From positions 40,306-104,305 of IMG/VR virus record IMGVR_UViG_3300028610_002211: DNA of 64,000 nt; one strand, 5' to 3'. The notes under the pieces were generated by a model. It was not told where the DNA came from, did no database searches, and saw nothing but the letters and a program-made list of their open reading frames with translations. Source of the stretch: a virus. Of this stretch, positions 61,920 to 64,000 are shown piece by piece; position 1 is the first letter of the stretch, and each line of letters begins with the position of its first letter. The translations under genes were made by a program, and so were the position numbers.

Positions 61920-62793
61920 ATGACATTTTTTAACGCGATAAAAGGCGCAATCTTAGCCGATTATTTTGGCAGTTCCGCAACAAAAATGGGAACCCCAATT
62001 GAAATTGGTTTAAGTACAACAGAACCGAACGGTGATGGGACGGGAATAACAGAACCGGTTGGGGGAAGTTATGCGCGTATTTCTGTTGCAAACACTGACG
62101 CAGAATGGGATCTAAGTGTCGCGGGTGATTCTGTTGAAAATGTCAATGAACTTCAATTTCCACAAGCAACAGCGGGTTGGGGTGTTATTGGGTGGTTCGT
62201 TTTATATCAATCGGGAACACCAAAGTTTTTTGGACCGATAACAAACGCGGCCGGTGACTCGACTACAAAAAACGTTTTAACTGGTGACTATTTTTGGTTT
62301 ATTGTAAATGAATTAAAGATACAATTTCCACCAGTAGAATAGGGGCGTCGTAATGTTTACGCTATACAACCAATGGGTGATTTTCGATACATTGTGGGGC
62401 GGATCGGCTCCAACCGTTAATATTAAAATCGGGTTAAGTTCAACCCCACCAAATATAGAAGGTGGAAATATCACAAATCCGGGCGGAAATTATGCGCCGG
62501 TCAGTTTGACAACCGATGACTTTTCAATGGTGGAGATCGGAAGTCCATTGACAGACGTTTATGTCAAAAACGATGATGCTATTGATTTTATCGAATCGGG
62601 TCCATCTACCCCTTGGGGCACGGTTTCACATTGGACTTTAGAAGTAGAGATTTCGCCCAGCGTTTTCGAGTTGTATGATTATGGGTTAATAACAAACAGA
62701 CTAACCGGTGCGCCAGAACCAAAAACAATTGGCACAGAAGACATTTTCTCTTTTGACCCTGATAAATTGATTTTCAGGTTTAAAAACACATAG
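61920..62793 (+). CDS. Two paralogous tail/baseplate proteins (61920-62342, 62353-62793)
   Basis: Both have IGLS(T/S)..P...G..YA..(V/K)N...F...WG...(W/H). Confidence 0.7.
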
Positions 62794-62800
62794 GCGAAAA

Positions 62801-63523
62801 ATGACTGGTCAAGTTATACAAGCGGGCGGAATTACAGATCCACAAGTCGAAACCGAATCATTGGGCGGCGGTGGCATCACTCATATGGTGAGAGGTAGGG
62901 TTGATCAAGAGCAAACCGCAATTGCTGTTTTTACAACTAAAGTCCAAGTTGTTTCACCAACCGGTGTTGTCAATATTGACAACCAACCTGTTTCTGTAGT
63001 TGTTTACTTTGACAGAAGGATGAAATACAATTCGGCTCTAATTGACTCGTCAAATTACACTATTACACCACCTGTGGACGGTGTTGGTGTTAATGTTTTG
63101 TTGGTAGAACCAGAAAACGAAGTTGATCCAACGTTCGTTACTTTACTCACAACCGAAATGACAGGGTTTAAATTATATACACTTTCTGTATTAGGGCCGA
63201 TCGGTTTTTTGGATCATGCTCCGATGGATGATACTCAGGCACCAACAAGTCTTTTTCCAGCTTTTGGAAATCCGATTGTCAATTCTGTTATCGCTTCAAG
63301 TAAAAACAGTTGGGTTGTTACTTTTAGTGAAGGGATGTTAGATAACGCTGCGATAAACGATACTGATTATTATGAATTTTTGGTTGAAAAGGGGGATCCT
63401 AGTCCGCCGTTGCAAGTTCGTTCTGTTTCATATATTGCAGCCGACAAGGTGCTTTTGGTAACAGATGATCAAGAACCGGGAAAACTTTACACTTTGCGCA
63501 TTCATGCAATGGGGCCGCCATAG
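62801..63523 (+). CDS. Tandem Ig-like domain protein
   Basis: Two V.F..M...A....NY/YY...V.L.T.....KLYTL repeats. Confidence 0.6.
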   Translation: MTGQVIQAGGITDPQVETESLGGGGITHMVRGRVDQEQTAIAVFTTKVQVVSPTGVVNIDNQPVSVVVYFDRRMKYNSALIDSSNYTITPPVDGVGVNVLLVEPENEVDPTFVTLLTTEMTGFKLYTLSVLGPIGFLDHAPMDDTQAPTSLFPAFGNPIVNSVIASSKNSWVVTFSEGMLDNAAINDTDYYEFLVEKGDPSPPLQVRSVSYIAADKVLLVTDDQEPGKLYTLRIHAMGPP

Positions 63524-63531
63524 GATAAAAA

Positions 63532-64000
63532 ATGCCAATACCACAAACTCAAGTTGTAGATTTCGCATATAACGTTTTAAATATCCCAAATTGGGAAAAC
63601 CAAGGGATCGGGTGGTCGGATCTTCCTACTGCCGAAGAATTAAATCTCGATATGTATCGGTTTATCATTGCTTCTATTAGAGATGAAGACCGAAAAAAGG
63701 GATTTCCGCTTAAACGCTTTTTGGAAGGTCCACAAGCAATTTGGGAAACAACACAAAGGCAAATTTTTCAAATACAAGATTTTTGGGATATATCGATCAA
63801 TTGTTGGTTGGACTGGAAATTTAACTAGGATTACCGAAGTACTCGACTTTGATGTATTGCGCCGGTTGATTTCTATTTCTGTTGTGCTTTGGAAAAAACG
63901 CGGACCAGAGGATGCACTTGTTGACGTAATAAGTCTTACAACACAAGCGCAATCGAGAATTTTTAATTGGTTTTATTATCGTTGGCTTTTAGATGTTGGT
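63532..64000 (+). CDS. Baseplate wedge P2 gpI-like protein; frame break near 63795; runs off the window
   Basis: LKRFL..FWD, then in another frame IVGW..LRRLI..LWKKRG. Confidence 0.6.

Noticed and set aside
48867-64000. Stand-alone eCIS or tailocin locus
   Set aside because: It is contiguous with terminase, portal and capsid genes, so it is a phage tail module.

Overview
A 64-kb segment of a tailed dsDNA phage with a contractile tail (myovirus morphotype). Almost all coding is on the + strand. Layout: 1-3.8 kb is small genes, two of them Acb2/Tad1-like. 3.8-5.7 kb is a mostly non-coding, repeat-rich stretch where C/G skew appears to flip. 5.7-25 kb is an early/accessory region of about 50 small ORFs plus an HNH endonuclease, a DUF2786 protein and a dTMP kinase. 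25-64 kb is lysis genes (amidase, lipoprotein transglycosylase), terminase, portal, MuF, protease/scaffold, capsid, a fibre/glycoside-hydrolase cluster, neck, sheath, tube, frameshifted chaperones, tape measure and baseplate. No integrase, DNA polymerase, tRNA or CRISPR array was recognised. The most unusual signals are regulatory. (1) A repeated sigma70 promoter cassette puts an AUG at the predicted +1, always in frame with a second, SD-led AUG 27-42 nt downstream (7 of 7 copies). (2) Four sigma54 (-24/-12) sites, three perfect and one variant, point into non-coding DNA that shares a 5' motif; three of these units contain long hairpins, and one hairpin displays a copy of the cassette leader in its loop. 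(3) A 12-bp box is shared by most promoters. The MuF head protein carries a kinase-fold C-terminus lacking its catalytic aspartates. All family calls come from recognising motifs by eye, not from database searches.
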